Assembly: GCA_964476155.1 (NCBI GenBank) | Contig: CAYYYS010000012.1 | Location: forward strand, 6,475-70,474 | Source of the DNA: an uncultured Fibrobacteraceae bacterium | GTDB taxonomy: Bacteria; Krumholzibacteriota; Krumholzibacteriia; LZORAL124-64-63 | Direction: 5' to 3' | DNA: 64,000 nt | Shown here: positions 45,503 through 55,363 of the stretch, piece by piece | How the letters are laid out: each line of letters begins with the position of its first letter | Position numbering within the stretch: position 1 is the stretch's first letter | The notes under the pieces: generated by a model | Seen by the model: only the letters and a program-made list of their open reading frames with translations | Told to the model about the DNA's origin: nothing | Databases searched by the model: none | Made by a program: the position numbers and the translations under genes

Positions 45503-46321
45503 GTGACCGACGATACTCAGGCCGCAACGCCGAACCTCGACAACATCACCTTCGTGCTGAGCCGCACGACCGAGCCCATGAACGTCGGCGCGGCCGCACG
45601 TGCCCTAAAAACAATGGGCCTGTCCAAGCTCACGCTGATCAAGCCGCGCGAGCCGTTCAGCCATCGTTCGCGCGTGGTGGCCCATGGTTCCGAGGACGTG
45701 CTCGACAATGCGCGCGTGGTGCTTGATCACAAGGCGGCCATCCGCGAAATGATCGTCGTGGCCGGTTCGACGGCCCGGCCCCGCGAGCTGCGCAAGGGCG
45801 CCCTGCTCGCGCCCCACGAACTGGCGCGCAAGCTGGTCGATGCGTCCGCCGAGGGACCCGTCGCCATGATGTTCGGCACCGAACGGTCGGGTCTGACCAA
45901 CGAGGAAGTCTACGACTGCCGCTACGTCTCGCGCATCGACGCCAGCGCCGAGCACACCTCCCTGAACCTGGCCCAGGCCGTGATGATCTACGCCTACGAG
46001 ATCCGCAAGGCCTGGCTCGAAACACAGGCCAAGCCGGCGCGGCCCAACAGTCGCCCGCCCGAGATGCGCGTGTCGCATCCGCACCGTTCGACCAAGCTGC
46101 CCGCCCAGGCCGACCTGGACATCATGTACGGCCACGTGGGCGCGGCCATGGACGCGGTCGGTTACGAGCCCGACGAGCGCGACAAGTTCGTCACCTACCT
46201 ACGTCACATGCACATGCGCGCGGGGATCGTGGACTGGGAGATGCAGATCTATCACCTGTTCGCCCGCAAGATCCTGCGCGCCGTCGGCGCCGAGCCTTTC
46301 ATGAGGAGAAACAACAGATGA
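45503..46321 (+). CDS. trmJ: SpoU-class tRNA (cytidine/uridine-2'-O)-methyltransferase TrmJ
   Basis: GTG start. ...ITFVLSRTTEPMNVGAAARALKTMGLSKLTLIKPRE... SPOUT N-terminal motif. C-terminal extension typical of TrmJ. Confidence 0.8.
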   Translation: MTDDTQAATPNLDNITFVLSRTTEPMNVGAAARALKTMGLSKLTLIKPREPFSHRSRVVAHGSEDVLDNARVVLDHKAAIREMIVVAGSTARPRELRKGALLAPHELARKLVDASAEGPVAMMFGTERSGLTNEEVYDCRYVSRIDASAEHTSLNLAQAVMIYAYEIRKAWLETQAKPARPNSRPPEMRVSHPHRSTKLPAQADLDIMYGHVGAAMDAVGYEPDERDKFVTYLRHMHMRAGIVDWEMQIYHLFARKILRAVGAEPFMRRNNR

Positions 46322-47109
46322 CCGCGCGTCGATATCTGCTGCTGATTTTCGCGACCGCCGTGACGAGCGCCCTTGTCTTCGGCCTGATCCGGCGCGACGA
46401 GACACCGGTGCCGCCGGCCGCCGAGACGGCTGCCGCGCCCGTGGATCCCGCCAAGGAGGAAGCCGCGGCGGCGCATATCCTGATCGCCCACGTCGAGAGT
46501 ACCCCGTCCATCGCAGGCGTGACGCGCACCCGCCTGGAAGCCCAGGACCAGGCCCTGCGGGTCGCCGCGGCCCTGCAAAGCAAGCGGGCCCCCTTCGCGG
46601 ACCTGGCCCGTCAGTATTCTGATGATCCCAACGTGGAGATCAACGACGGCTACCTGGGCATCTTCAAGCGCGGGGATCTGCCTCTGCCCCTGGAGGTTCC
46701 CCTCTTCGAGCTGGCCGTGGGACACTTCGACGCGACCGTCGAGACCAGGCGCGGATTTCACCTGCTCATGCGGCAACCCGTGCGACGGGCGGTCGCTCGC
46801 CACATCCTGATCTCCTGGTCGGGCGCCCGCGACGCGACGGCCGGCTTGCGACGCAACCGCGCCCAGGCCGAACTGCTCGTCGACGAAGTGCTGGCCATGT
46901 TCGCCACCGACGAAGTGGATTTCTGCGATCTGTCGTCACGGTTCTCCGACGATCCGGAGAGTCGCTTCGAGTGCGGGTTGCTTGGCGTGATCGAGCCGGC
47001 GGTTCTTCCCCGACCCATGGAAGCGGAGTTGTTCAGTTTGAGGCCGGGTGAAGTATCCGGAAAGATCGAGACGGAGTTTGGCTTCCATATCCTGAAACGA
47101 GACGATTAG
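46318..47109 (+). CDS. Periplasmic parvulin-type peptidyl-prolyl cis-trans isomerase (PpiC/SurA-like, two PPIase domains)
   Basis: ATGA overlap with trmJ. N-terminal TM/signal MTARRYLLLIFATAVTSALVFG. Two PPIase domains ending in GFHLL / GFHIL. Confidence 0.85.
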   Translation: MTARRYLLLIFATAVTSALVFGLIRRDETPVPPAAETAAAPVDPAKEEAAAAHILIAHVESTPSIAGVTRTRLEAQDQALRVAAALQSKRAPFADLARQYSDDPNVEINDGYLGIFKRGDLPLPLEVPLFELAVGHFDATVETRRGFHLLMRQPVRRAVARHILISWSGARDATAGLRRNRAQAELLVDEVLAMFATDEVDFCDLSSRFSDDPESRFECGLLGVIEPAVLPRPMEAELFSLRPGEVSGKIETEFGFHILKRDD

Positions 47110-47127
47110 CAGCTTGAAACGGCGCAC

Positions 47128-47163
47128 AAAAAGTAAGTGGGAGAAGCCATTGGCTTCTCCCAC
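47128..47163 (-). terminator. Rho-independent terminator (perfect 12-bp stem) downstream of 47228..48190
   Basis: gtgggagaagcc-att-ggcttctcccac with a T-rich run on the minus strand (plus aaaaagtaa). Confidence 0.6.
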
Positions 47164-47227
47164 TTCACCTCTACGCCGTCCCGCGAGCCTTGGGGGAGGG
47201 CACTCGGACCGTCGCAGGGGGTCCGAT

Positions 47228-48190
47228 TTACCGGTACAGACTCTTCACATCGCCCCAGGCCTTTTCATCGGTCGGGATGACGATGGTCAGGTACGCAACC
47301 CCACCATCGGAGTCGAACTGGTAGGCGTTGTTGTCCGCCACCATCGGGGCACCGTAGGCCGGGTGGCTCGTGATTGTCAGAGGCGCGTCCGTCATGAGGT
47401 TGTCGAACGTCATCAGGTCCAGGCTGTAGAGCAGACCCACGTTGCCACCGAAGACGGGCAGGTAGGAATACAGACCCATCTCGACGCCGGTGGTCAGCGA
47501 ACCCAGAACCAGGGCGTCGGCGTGCACGGCGTTGCCGAGCATGATCAACGGATCCAGCTCCAGCTTGAAGGCGGCGCCGCCAACCAGCATCTCGGCGTTC
47601 GAGACGAGGATATAGGCCTGGTGGATGACACCGACACCACCGTTGGTAACCAAGGCAGGCTCGGTACCGGCCTCATTGAAGTACACACTGATCTTCGGCG
47701 TACTGTGGATGGTCAGGCACGAGGTCAGACCCTCGGCATCGTACTGGACGCCACCGCTATCGGCGACCTTGGGAGCATCATAGTTGGGATGGGCACCCAC
47801 GGTGATCGTGCCGCCCAGCACGGACGTGGGCGAGTAGAAGTTGAACGTGGCCAGGAGGGCCGTGTCCGTGGGGTCAAAGACCGGAATAAAGCTGTACAGA
47901 CCGACTTCACAGCCGCTCTCGTCGCCGAGATACAGACCCTGATCCGTCATCGGACTCCAGCTGTACATAAGGTCCGGATCGATGTCGACGGAGAACGCGG
48001 CACCACCGACCAGCATGTCGGCGTCCTTAATCATGACATAACCCGTACACATGTCGGGCAAGAGCTCGACGGCGTAGTCGAGGTTGGTGCCGGCTTCGTC
48101 GAAGTAGACACCGATGGTGGGCTGGGCGACCGACAGGCTCGCGAAGGCGAGGACCGCAACGGCCGCGAAGGCACATTTCCAATTCTTCAT
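47228..48190 (-). CDS. Secreted protein with internally duplicated about 150-aa domain and conserved C-terminal ...AWGDVKSLYR tail (paralog family A)
   Basis: Signal peptide MKNWKCAFAAVAVLAFASLSVAQP at an internal ATG (RBS AAGGGA). Repeats start IGVYFDEAGTNLDY... and ISVYFNEAGTEPAL.... The C-terminal motif is shared with 56536..57123 and 59634..60044. Confidence 0.8.
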   Translation of the reverse strand: MKNWKCAFAAVAVLAFASLSVAQPTIGVYFDEAGTNLDYAVELLPDMCTGYVMIKDADMLVGGAAFSVDIDPDLMYSWSPMTDQGLYLGDESGCEVGLYSFIPVFDPTDTALLATFNFYSPTSVLGGTITVGAHPNYDAPKVADSGGVQYDAEGLTSCLTIHSTPKISVYFNEAGTEPALVTNGGVGVIHQAYILVSNAEMLVGGAAFKLELDPLIMLGNAVHADALVLGSLTTGVEMGLYSYLPVFGGNVGLLYSLDLMTFDNLMTDAPLTITSHPAYGAPMVADNNAYQFDSDGGVAYLTIVIPTDEKAWGDVKSLYR

Positions 48191-48571
48191 CCCTGATTCC
48201 CTTTCATTTGGTCCGTCCTGGACCAGTGACCGAGCGGGCCGGTCGAGCCGGACCCTGGTGAACTCCAATGAAGTCCTTCGGCAAAGGGCATGCCCGCTTT
48301 AGGGATTTTTGTCAGCAAGTGATCAGGTTGCGAAGCACCCTGGGATCCGCGCCCATCCCACGAGCTGGCGCGATTGTAACTGCTTTAATATCAAATTATT
48401 AAAGGAGCCGCCACTACGCCAGTTATTCTCCGGGTGATGGGACGGGCGATCAAATTCGAAATGATTTATTGAACCCGATTCCGGGGACCCGGTCCTTGAA
48501 AACGCAATATGCCATGTCAGCGACGCCGGCGGTTGGCAGATCGAAGGAACGGAAGGGTGTCGATCAGAAAG

Positions 48572-49423
48572 TCATACCAGATACAGGTCGATCAGAACGC
48601 AACCCAGCACGGCCGCGCCGATCCACGAGTTTATCGCGAAGAAAGCCTTGTCGATGCGGCTCAAATCGCCCCCCCGCACCAGCCGATGTTCCTGGATGAG
48701 CAGGGTCGCCATCACGCCGGCGCCGGCCAGAGACGCCGGCCCCAGTACCGATATACTCGAAAAAGCCAGGGCCAGACAGGCCACCGACAACACATGTAGC
48801 GCACGAGCTGTCCGGAGGGCGCCCGTCACGCCGAAGGCCACCGGTATCGAATGCAACCCTTCGCGACGATCGAAGTCGATATCCTGGCAGGCGTAGATCA
48901 CGTCGAAGCCGCCCACCCAGAGCATGACCGCGGCCGCCAGCCACAGGGGAAACGTCGCGAAGGAGCCGGTGGCGGCCAACCAGGCCCCGACCGGCGCCAC
49001 GGCCAGCCCCAGTCCCAGAATCAGATGGGCCCAGCGGGTAATACGCTTGGTGTAGGAGTAGCCCAGCACCACCAGCAAGGCCACCGGCGACAGGGCGAAG
49101 CAGAGCGTGTTGAGCCGACTGGCCGCGAACACCAGAACCGCCGCGGCGACAAACGTGAAGACGGCGGCGCCGCGCGGCGACACCTCCCCCGCGGGAATGT
49201 GACGCGCGGAGGTGCGGGGATTCTGGGCGTCGAGGTGGCGGTCGGCCAGACGGTTGAAAGCCATCGCCGCGCTGCGGGCGCCCACCATGGCGACAACCAC
49301 CCACAGCATGGTGTGCGGACTGGGCCGACCCTGTGTCGCCACGAGCAGCGACACCAGCGCGAAGGGCATGGCGAACAGCGTGTGCTCGAACTTGACGAGC
49401 CCCAGGTAGCGACCGGCGATCAC
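48572..49423 (-). CDS. ubiA: UbiA family polyprenyltransferase (4-hydroxybenzoate polyprenyltransferase-like)
   Basis: GTG start. 9 TM helices. ...FNRLADRHLDAQNPRT... and ...YACQDIDFDRREG... Asp-rich motifs. Confidence 0.85.
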   Translation of the reverse strand: MIAGRYLGLVKFEHTLFAMPFALVSLLVATQGRPSPHTMLWVVVAMVGARSAAMAFNRLADRHLDAQNPRTSARHIPAGEVSPRGAAVFTFVAAAVLVFAASRLNTLCFALSPVALLVVLGYSYTKRITRWAHLILGLGLAVAPVGAWLAATGSFATFPLWLAAAVMLWVGGFDVIYACQDIDFDRREGLHSIPVAFGVTGALRTARALHVLSVACLALAFSSISVLGPASLAGAGVMATLLIQEHRLVRGGDLSRIDKAFFAINSWIGAAVLGCVLIDLYLV

Positions 49424-50019
49424 GCGTCGCCTCCCCAGCGCGGGGTCAGGTCGACGTCCACGCCGAGTTGATCGCAGACGCGCTGCACCACGAAGTCGAC
49501 CAGGTCGTCAACGCTTTGTGGGCCATGATAGAAACCGGGCATGGCCGGCAGGATGATCGCGCCCTCGGCGCTCAGGCGGGTCATGTTCTCCAGATGATGA
49601 GTGGCCAAAGGGGTCTCGCGCGGCACCAGGATGAGCGTGCGCCGCTCCTTGAGACTAACGTCGGCGGCGCGGTGCAGCAGGTCGTCGCCCGAGCCGGTGG
49701 CGATGCGCCCGAGCGTACTCATGGTGCAGGGGCAGACCACCAGGCCACTGCCCTGGGCTGAACCGCTGGCCACCGGCGCGGTGAATTCTTTCGGTCCGTA
49801 CTCGGTGAGGGTCGTGCCGTGTTTCTCGGCGGTGAGGCACAGATCCGCGATGATCTCCGCGGGCGGACGCCCCATTTCCACCGGTGCGGTCTGCTCGACG
49901 GCCTCGCTGCGCAGCAGGGTCACATCACGGTCAGCTTGGAGCAGGACCTCGACGAGCCGAACGCCATAGGCGAGCCCGCTGGCGCCGGTCCAGGCCACGG
50001 TGATGGTGCGGTCTTTCAC
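49420..50019 (-). CDS. ubiX: Flavin prenyltransferase UbiX
   Basis: GTG start with RBS GGAGG. ...ITVAWTGASGLAYGVRLVE... and ...LVVCPCTMSTLGRIA... The N-terminal 100 aa of the track ORF is spurious. Confidence 0.85.
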   Translation of the reverse strand: MKDRTITVAWTGASGLAYGVRLVEVLLQADRDVTLLRSEAVEQTAPVEMGRPPAEIIADLCLTAEKHGTTLTEYGPKEFTAPVASGSAQGSGLVVCPCTMSTLGRIATGSGDDLLHRAADVSLKERRTLILVPRETPLATHHLENMTRLSAEGAIILPAMPGFYHGPQSVDDLVDFVVQRVCDQLGVDVDLTPRWGGDA

Positions 50020-50765
50020 GCCAACCTCCCCCCTACCAGATGCGAAATGCCGAAGGTCTGTCTCTCTACGAAGGTATCGACGAAACCGTGTGCCACCAGA
50101 AGATCCACGAACCCGTCCGGCGTGACGAAGCGTGCCATGCTCTCGGTCAGGTAGGCGTAGGCGGCGCGATCGCGGCCGAGCAGGCGACCGGCGGCCGGCA
50201 CGGCGCGGTCGAGCCACCAGTGCAGCGGCGCCGGCTTGCCGCGGGAGTCGCCGGTCGAGGCGGGATCGTCGCGGAAGAATTCGAGCAGCAGCAGCCGTCC
50301 GCCGGGGCGCAGCACGCGAGCGCACTCGCCAAGCCCCAGACCCAGGTCGGCCCAGTTGCGCACGCCGAAACCCACGACCACCGCGTCGACGCAGGCGTCG
50401 CGCAGGGGCAGGCTCTGGGCATCGGCGCCGAGGGCGGGCACACGGTCGACCAGGCCCTTGTCCCGACCGGCGGCCATCATGTCAACGCAGAAGTCGGCGG
50501 CGAACGCGTTGCGGGCCCGGCCGGCGCCAAGGGCCGCCAGGGCCAGGTCGCCGGTGCCGGCGCAGAGGTCGAGCAGGTCCCGGGTGTCGGGATCGAGACG
50601 GCGCACCAGGTTGCGACGCCAGGCGCGGTCGCGGTTGAAGCTCAGGGCGTGGTTCATGAAGTCGTAGACGCCGCTGATGCGCGAGAACATGGCGCGCACG
50701 GCCTGGTCGTGGGCGGTCGGGTCGTTGACCGAACCGTCGGTGCCGCGCTGGTGGATGCGACTCAC
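50016..50765 (-). CDS. ubiE: Ubiquinone/menaquinone biosynthesis C-methyltransferase UbiE/MenG
   Basis: GTG start overlapping the ubiD stop (GTGA). ...AVRAMFSRISGVYDFMNHALSFNRDRAWRR...LDLCAGTGD.... Confidence 0.85.
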   Translation of the reverse strand: MSRIHQRGTDGSVNDPTAHDQAVRAMFSRISGVYDFMNHALSFNRDRAWRRNLVRRLDPDTRDLLDLCAGTGDLALAALGAGRARNAFAADFCVDMMAAGRDKGLVDRVPALGADAQSLPLRDACVDAVVVGFGVRNWADLGLGLGECARVLRPGGRLLLLEFFRDDPASTGDSRGKPAPLHWWLDRAVPAAGRLLGRDRAAYAYLTESMARFVTPDGFVDLLVAHGFVDTFVERQTFGISHLVGGRLA

Positions 50766-52303
50766 TGTTTCTCCAGACGGGACAGCAGGTCGCCCCACTC
50801 GCGGTCCACGTCGGCCCGCACGTCTTCGCTCATGCGGACGATGGGCGGCCACTCGCGCTCGAACCCCTCTTCGCCCGCGAGCTTGCTCGTGGCGTCGAGG
50901 CCCATCTTGCCGCCGACGAACTGGGTGCTCACCGCGTGGTCCAGGTGATCGACCGGTCCGTCCACGAAGAAGGTGTCGCGCCTGGGGTCTATGGAATTGG
51001 TCACCCGCCACAGCACCTGGTTCATGTCGTGCACGTCGACATCCTCGTCCACCACGATGATCGTCTTGCAGAACATCATCTGGCCGAGACCCCACAGGGC
51101 GTGACACACCTTGCGCCCATGTCCGGGATACTGCTTGCGGATCGCCACGACGGCCAGGTTGTGGAAGCAGGCGGCCGGCGGCAGATGATAGTCGACGATC
51201 TCGGGCAGGGTCTTCTGTAGCAGGGGCAGGAAAAGGCGCTCGGTGGCCCATCCCAGCACCGCGTCCTCCATGGGCGGCACACCCACGATGCACGTGGGAT
51301 AGACCGGCTTGCGGCGCGAAGTGATGGCCGTCACGTGCAGGACGGGAAAGTCTTCCGGCAACGTATAGAAACCGGTGTGATCGCCGAACGGTCCTTCGCT
51401 ACGCCGCTCGCCGGGCTCCACGAACCCTTCGATGACGAACTCGGCCTCGGCCGGCACCTGCAGGTTGTTGGTCACCGCTTTGGTCCAGGTCACGGGCCGC
51501 CCCGTGACGAATCCCGTGAAGAGCGCTTCGTCCACATCGGGCGGCAGGGGCGCAGTGGCGCCGTAGATCAGCGACGGCGGGCCGCCCAGGGCCACACACA
51601 CGGGCATGCGTTCGTTGCGCGCCTCGTGCTCGCGATAGTGATCGGCGCCGGTCTTGTGTAGCTGCCAGTGCATGCCGGTGGTCCGGCCGTCGTAGACCTG
51701 CATGCGGTACATGCCGATGTTGCGGCGGCCGTTTTCGGGATTGCGGGTGATCACCAGCGGGTAGGTGATAAAGGGGCCGCCATCCTCGGGCCAGGTCTTC
51801 AGGACGGGCATCATGTCCAGCAAGCCGCGGCGTTGCAACGCCTCACCCTGGATCACGACCTCCTGGCAGGGGCCGCCCTTGACCTCGCGAGGCATCCCGG
51901 CACTCCAGTCCCGCGCCTTGCCGAGCATTTTGAATTTATCCCAAAGACCGTCCGGCGCGCCGAGGTTCAGGGGCTCGCGGATACGGGCGACGGCGTCTTC
52001 GAGATCCTCACACCCCATCGCCCAGGCCAGCCGACGGCGCGAAGCAAAGAGGTTGATCACCAACGGCACGGGCCGGCCGTCACCATCGACGGCAGGCGTC
52101 TCGAGACCGGCGGCGCGGCCGTACTTGCCCGGAACGGGGTTTTCGAAGAGCAGGGCCGGGGTCTCACCCGCCTTCACGAAGCGGTCCGCGATCTCGGTCA
52201 CTTCCAGACAGGGATCGACCGGTTTGCTTACGCGCACCAGTTCGCCGTTTCTTTCCAGATGGGCCAGGAAGGATTGCAGATTGTCGCCGGGAATGGTGGC
52301 CAT
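50762..52303 (-). CDS. ubiD: UbiD family (prenylated-FMN dependent) decarboxylase
   Basis: 513 aa. ...GGPFITYPLVITRNPENGRRNIGMYRMQ... and ...GVPPMEDAVLGWATERLF... First gene of the ubiD-ubiE-ubiX-ubiA operon. Confidence 0.9.
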   Translation of the reverse strand: MATIPGDNLQSFLAHLERNGELVRVSKPVDPCLEVTEIADRFVKAGETPALLFENPVPGKYGRAAGLETPAVDGDGRPVPLVINLFASRRRLAWAMGCEDLEDAVARIREPLNLGAPDGLWDKFKMLGKARDWSAGMPREVKGGPCQEVVIQGEALQRRGLLDMMPVLKTWPEDGGPFITYPLVITRNPENGRRNIGMYRMQVYDGRTTGMHWQLHKTGADHYREHEARNERMPVCVALGGPPSLIYGATAPLPPDVDEALFTGFVTGRPVTWTKAVTNNLQVPAEAEFVIEGFVEPGERRSEGPFGDHTGFYTLPEDFPVLHVTAITSRRKPVYPTCIVGVPPMEDAVLGWATERLFLPLLQKTLPEIVDYHLPPAACFHNLAVVAIRKQYPGHGRKVCHALWGLGQMMFCKTIIVVDEDVDVHDMNQVLWRVTNSIDPRRDTFFVDGPVDHLDHAVSTQFVGGKMGLDATSKLAGEEGFEREWPPIVRMSEDVRADVDREWGDLLSRLEKQ

Positions 52304-52499
52304 CGGCCCCGCCTTTCCGCGCGGGTGTGAAATGTGTTATGATCAGGACGCCAAGTTAGCAGACCCTTCCGGGGGGGGCAAGACGGCGACGAGGCTGTCG
52401 AGGCGATTGCGGGTCAAATAATATGCCCTTCGCCAACTCGGTGCCTACCCGTCGGTATGAGCGTTCCGGGTCTCCTATACGGCCTTCTCGGGAGAAATA

Positions 52500-53195
52500 A
52501 TGCACTGGTCTGCAAAGAAACTGCTCGACTGGTATTGTACCGTGCGCTGGGTAGACCCCAAGTCGGAGGGGTCGTCTGAGAGCGCACCCACCGAAGCGGG
52601 GGCGTTTCCGAACGAACCCGAGTTGGCTATCCAGAAAGAGAAGATCCGGCTGGCCAAGATCGATCCCGAAACATTCGATTTCTTTTATGTGCACTACTAC
52701 CACCGGATCTTCAGTTTCTGTTATGGGCGGACCCGGCATCGAGACGTGGCGGAAGACCTGACATCCGAGACCTTCACGAAGGCGCTCGACAACATCGGTA
52801 AATACCGCTGGTCCGGAGTGAGTATCGGAGCCTGGCTCTACAGGATCGCCGCAAACGAGATCAAGGGGTACTACAGGACCAGGGCCCGGCGACCCGAAGC
52901 AGAGATACCGACCAACGTTCTGGGCGAGGATCTGCTGGTGGGCAACGAACCGAGCCCGGAACGAAGAGTGGAATTGGCGCAGGAGCGGGCCAAGCTCGCT
53001 GAATACGCGTCGCGACTCGATCTCGACGAACAGAACTATCTGAACCTGCGCTTTCGCGAGGGTTTGTTGATCCGGGAGATCGCGGCGATCGCAGGGAAAC
53101 CCGAAGGATCCATCGCCGCACGAATACACCGAAGTCTTGTCAAGATGCAGAAGATGGGGGAAGAGGAAGCGGAGCAAGGTAATGAGAACCGTTAG
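52500..53195 (+). CDS. ECF-type RNA polymerase sigma-70 factor
   Basis: RBS GGGAGA. Region 2 ...FYVHYYHRIFSFCYGRTRHRDVAEDLTSETFTKAL.... Region 4 ...LNLRFREGLLIREIAAIAGKPEGSIAARIHRSL. Confidence 0.85.
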   Translation: MHWSAKKLLDWYCTVRWVDPKSEGSSESAPTEAGAFPNEPELAIQKEKIRLAKIDPETFDFFYVHYYHRIFSFCYGRTRHRDVAEDLTSETFTKALDNIGKYRWSGVSIGAWLYRIAANEIKGYYRTRARRPEAEIPTNVLGEDLLVGNEPSPERRVELAQERAKLAEYASRLDLDEQNYLNLRFREGLLIREIAAIAGKPEGSIAARIHRSLVKMQKMGEEEAEQGNENR

Positions 53196-53895
53196 CGACA
53201 TGGAGCAGAGACTGCGGGCCACATCCGTGGATCCCGGCGTTCGACAGGAACACTTCGACGCTTTGCGCGCCGAGCTGCAGTCTCGTATGCGCACACGTCG
53301 ATATCGACCGCTGTTTGTGGCGGCTGCTTCGATTGTCTTCATATGCCTGGTGACGTTCCAGGATCAGCCGCTGGAGAGCTTCAACTATCGGCTCGACTAC
53401 TTCGCGGGCGAGGAAAATTCAATTTATTCGTTCATGTCCCACAGGGATGCGTCAACGTCGTGGGGATTTTCCAAATCTGTCGGAGATCTCGAGGCATATG
53501 AACGAGCGCCTATGACCCCGGAAGAGATCGCCCACCGAATACACAAAACTGAAATCAGCCAGGCCATGTTCGAGGCCGGACTCCTCGAGCCGACAAGAGC
53601 ATATGGGCACACCTGGAAAGGACAAACGACGTATTCTGTAATCTTTACAGGTGAATCCGGAGGGCTCGAATTGCAATACACCTCATATATAGATGATATC
53701 ATCCACCCCGAACATACCGACTTCATGGTCAATCATTATGGCGATATCTACATGGCGGCCTTCCGGGGAGAGCTTTCGCCATACGCTTCACAGGTTATTG
53801 CCCATGATAGCCGCGAGTTCATCCTTCACGGCTGGCGTCACGAGGATCCCGTTTACGGCGAAGTCATTATCTGGACAACCCAAGATTTTAACTAA
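53182..53895 (+). CDS. Putative anti-sigma factor-like membrane protein (single TM, periplasmic domain)
   Basis: Overlaps the sigma stop by 14 nt. TM YRPLFVAAASIVFICLVTF. 170-aa periplasmic region with no recognisable domain. Confidence 0.5.
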   Translation: MRTVSDMEQRLRATSVDPGVRQEHFDALRAELQSRMRTRRYRPLFVAAASIVFICLVTFQDQPLESFNYRLDYFAGEENSIYSFMSHRDASTSWGFSKSVGDLEAYERAPMTPEEIAHRIHKTEISQAMFEAGLLEPTRAYGHTWKGQTTYSVIFTGESGGLELQYTSYIDDIIHPEHTDFMVNHYGDIYMAAFRGELSPYASQVIAHDSREFILHGWRHEDPVYGEVIIWTTQDFN

Positions 53896-55351
53896 CAAAA
53901 GTCGATTTCAGGAAGTCGAGGCTCCGCGGGTTGCGTGCCAGGAGCTCTACGTACATGCGCAGGGTTTCCGCCTGGCCGGTCCGCACCGTGGTGCAAACGG
54001 AATCCACCGCTTCCGGCTTCATTCCCCCCCGCTCCCAAGATTCGGCCAACACCGAGAAACAAGCCGAGCAGAGTCGACACGCCCAGCAATCCAAACAGTG
54101 TTCGCCGAATGATTGCTTGAAGCGACTCCAGAGGACTTCCACAGCCTCCAGGTCGAGACCTTCGCTCACGTGACCGATGATCAGCCCGTCTCCCACCCGC
54201 TCACACGGTTGATAGGCCCCATCGGCACGCACGTGCAGGCGACGTTGGCCGGGCCGGCAGCAACCGCCTGGTGAGATCGCGTCGCCCAGCGTCTCGCGGA
54301 AACGATGATAGAAGGAAACCAGTCCATCGTCGAAAAGAGCAGCCAAAATGGGGCCGGGAGTCCGACCGGCCACACGGGTATCGACATAACGCTGTCGAGC
54401 TGCGAGCAGATCGTCACGAAAACGACCCTTGTCTTCCGTCGTGATGCCGATATCGCCCGGATTGATCCCGGTGAGGTCGACGATGCTGGCGCCAACAGAC
54501 GGCGCCTCTTTGATTCCCGCCTTCCGGTAGGGCGGAAAGTCCGCAAAGTAGGTGTCGACACGCTCAACCTCTGTGGGCGGCGCCAGGGTTACCTGGAAGC
54601 GCAACTGCTCGTGGGCGCGCGATGAAACGGCCAGGAGTCGGCCTATTCCCGCTTCGACTTCGGCATGTGACGGGCCTCCGCCCCGATGAGATCTATGTCG
54701 GTCATGAATGTCCGTGGGGCCGTCAAGACTGATCTGCAGATGGACGCCCTCGGTCACGATGAAAGCGCAGACCTCTTCACTGAGCAGGGTGCCGTTCGTG
54801 TCGATTATGAAGCGGTAGTCGTCGCACGGTCCCTCTCGACGCACCAGATCGACGATCTCGCGGATCAGATCGAACTCGAGAAGAGGTTCACCGCCGTAGA
54901 ACGAGATGGACGGTGTTTCCACATCGCGGCTGCGCGTCAGAAACTCGCGCACGGCCTTGCGTGCCACACTCGGTGACATCCGTTCATCCTGGTGAGATCG
55001 AATCCAGCCCAACTCATGGCCGTGGGGACAATATCCGCACCGCAGGTTGCATTGCTCGCTCACCGAGAGCGTAAGCTGCCCGACCTGGCCGTCGTACCCA
55101 TTCACATCGTGGCAGGCCGGGCATGTGTCGAGGGCCGTTGGTCGGTGAGACAGGAAGAGATTGTGGGCCTCGCGAGCTTCGGCGATTTCACGGTGGGCCG
55201 CCTGCAGGTCTTCGGCCGAAACCCCGGCACCGGCAGGACCGCCAAGCGCGACGGCCATGGCCGAATCGACGGAGATCACATCGCCCGAGTTTACATCATA
55301 GGCATATCGATCTTCATCATGGTCGAAAACGAAGCAAAAAGCGTCTGGCAT
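53888..55351 (-). CDS. Radical SAM / SPASM-domain peptide-modifying enzyme with N-terminal RRE-like extension (putative RiPP maturase)
   Basis: CNLRCGYCPH (CxxxCxxC) about 100 aa from the N-terminus. C-terminal SPASM Cys clusters CCRPG...C...CLDCWACRLCSACFS. Located 12 nt downstream of the Cys-rich precursor ORF. ATG at 55351 (track uses TTG at 55360). Confidence 0.9.
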   Translation of the reverse strand: MPDAFCFVFDHDEDRYAYDVNSGDVISVDSAMAVALGGPAGAGVSAEDLQAAHREIAEAREAHNLFLSHRPTALDTCPACHDVNGYDGQVGQLTLSVSEQCNLRCGYCPHGHELGWIRSHQDERMSPSVARKAVREFLTRSRDVETPSISFYGGEPLLEFDLIREIVDLVRREGPCDDYRFIIDTNGTLLSEEVCAFIVTEGVHLQISLDGPTDIHDRHRSHRGGGPSHAEVEAGIGRLLAVSSRAHEQLRFQVTLAPPTEVERVDTYFADFPPYRKAGIKEAPSVGASIVDLTGINPGDIGITTEDKGRFRDDLLAARQRYVDTRVAGRTPGPILAALFDDGLVSFYHRFRETLGDAISPGGCCRPGQRRLHVRADGAYQPCERVGDGLIIGHVSEGLDLEAVEVLWSRFKQSFGEHCLDCWACRLCSACFSVLAESWERGGMKPEAVDSVCTTVRTGQAETLRMYVELLARNPRSLDFLKSTFVS

Positions 55352-55363
55352 GTCTACCAAGGT

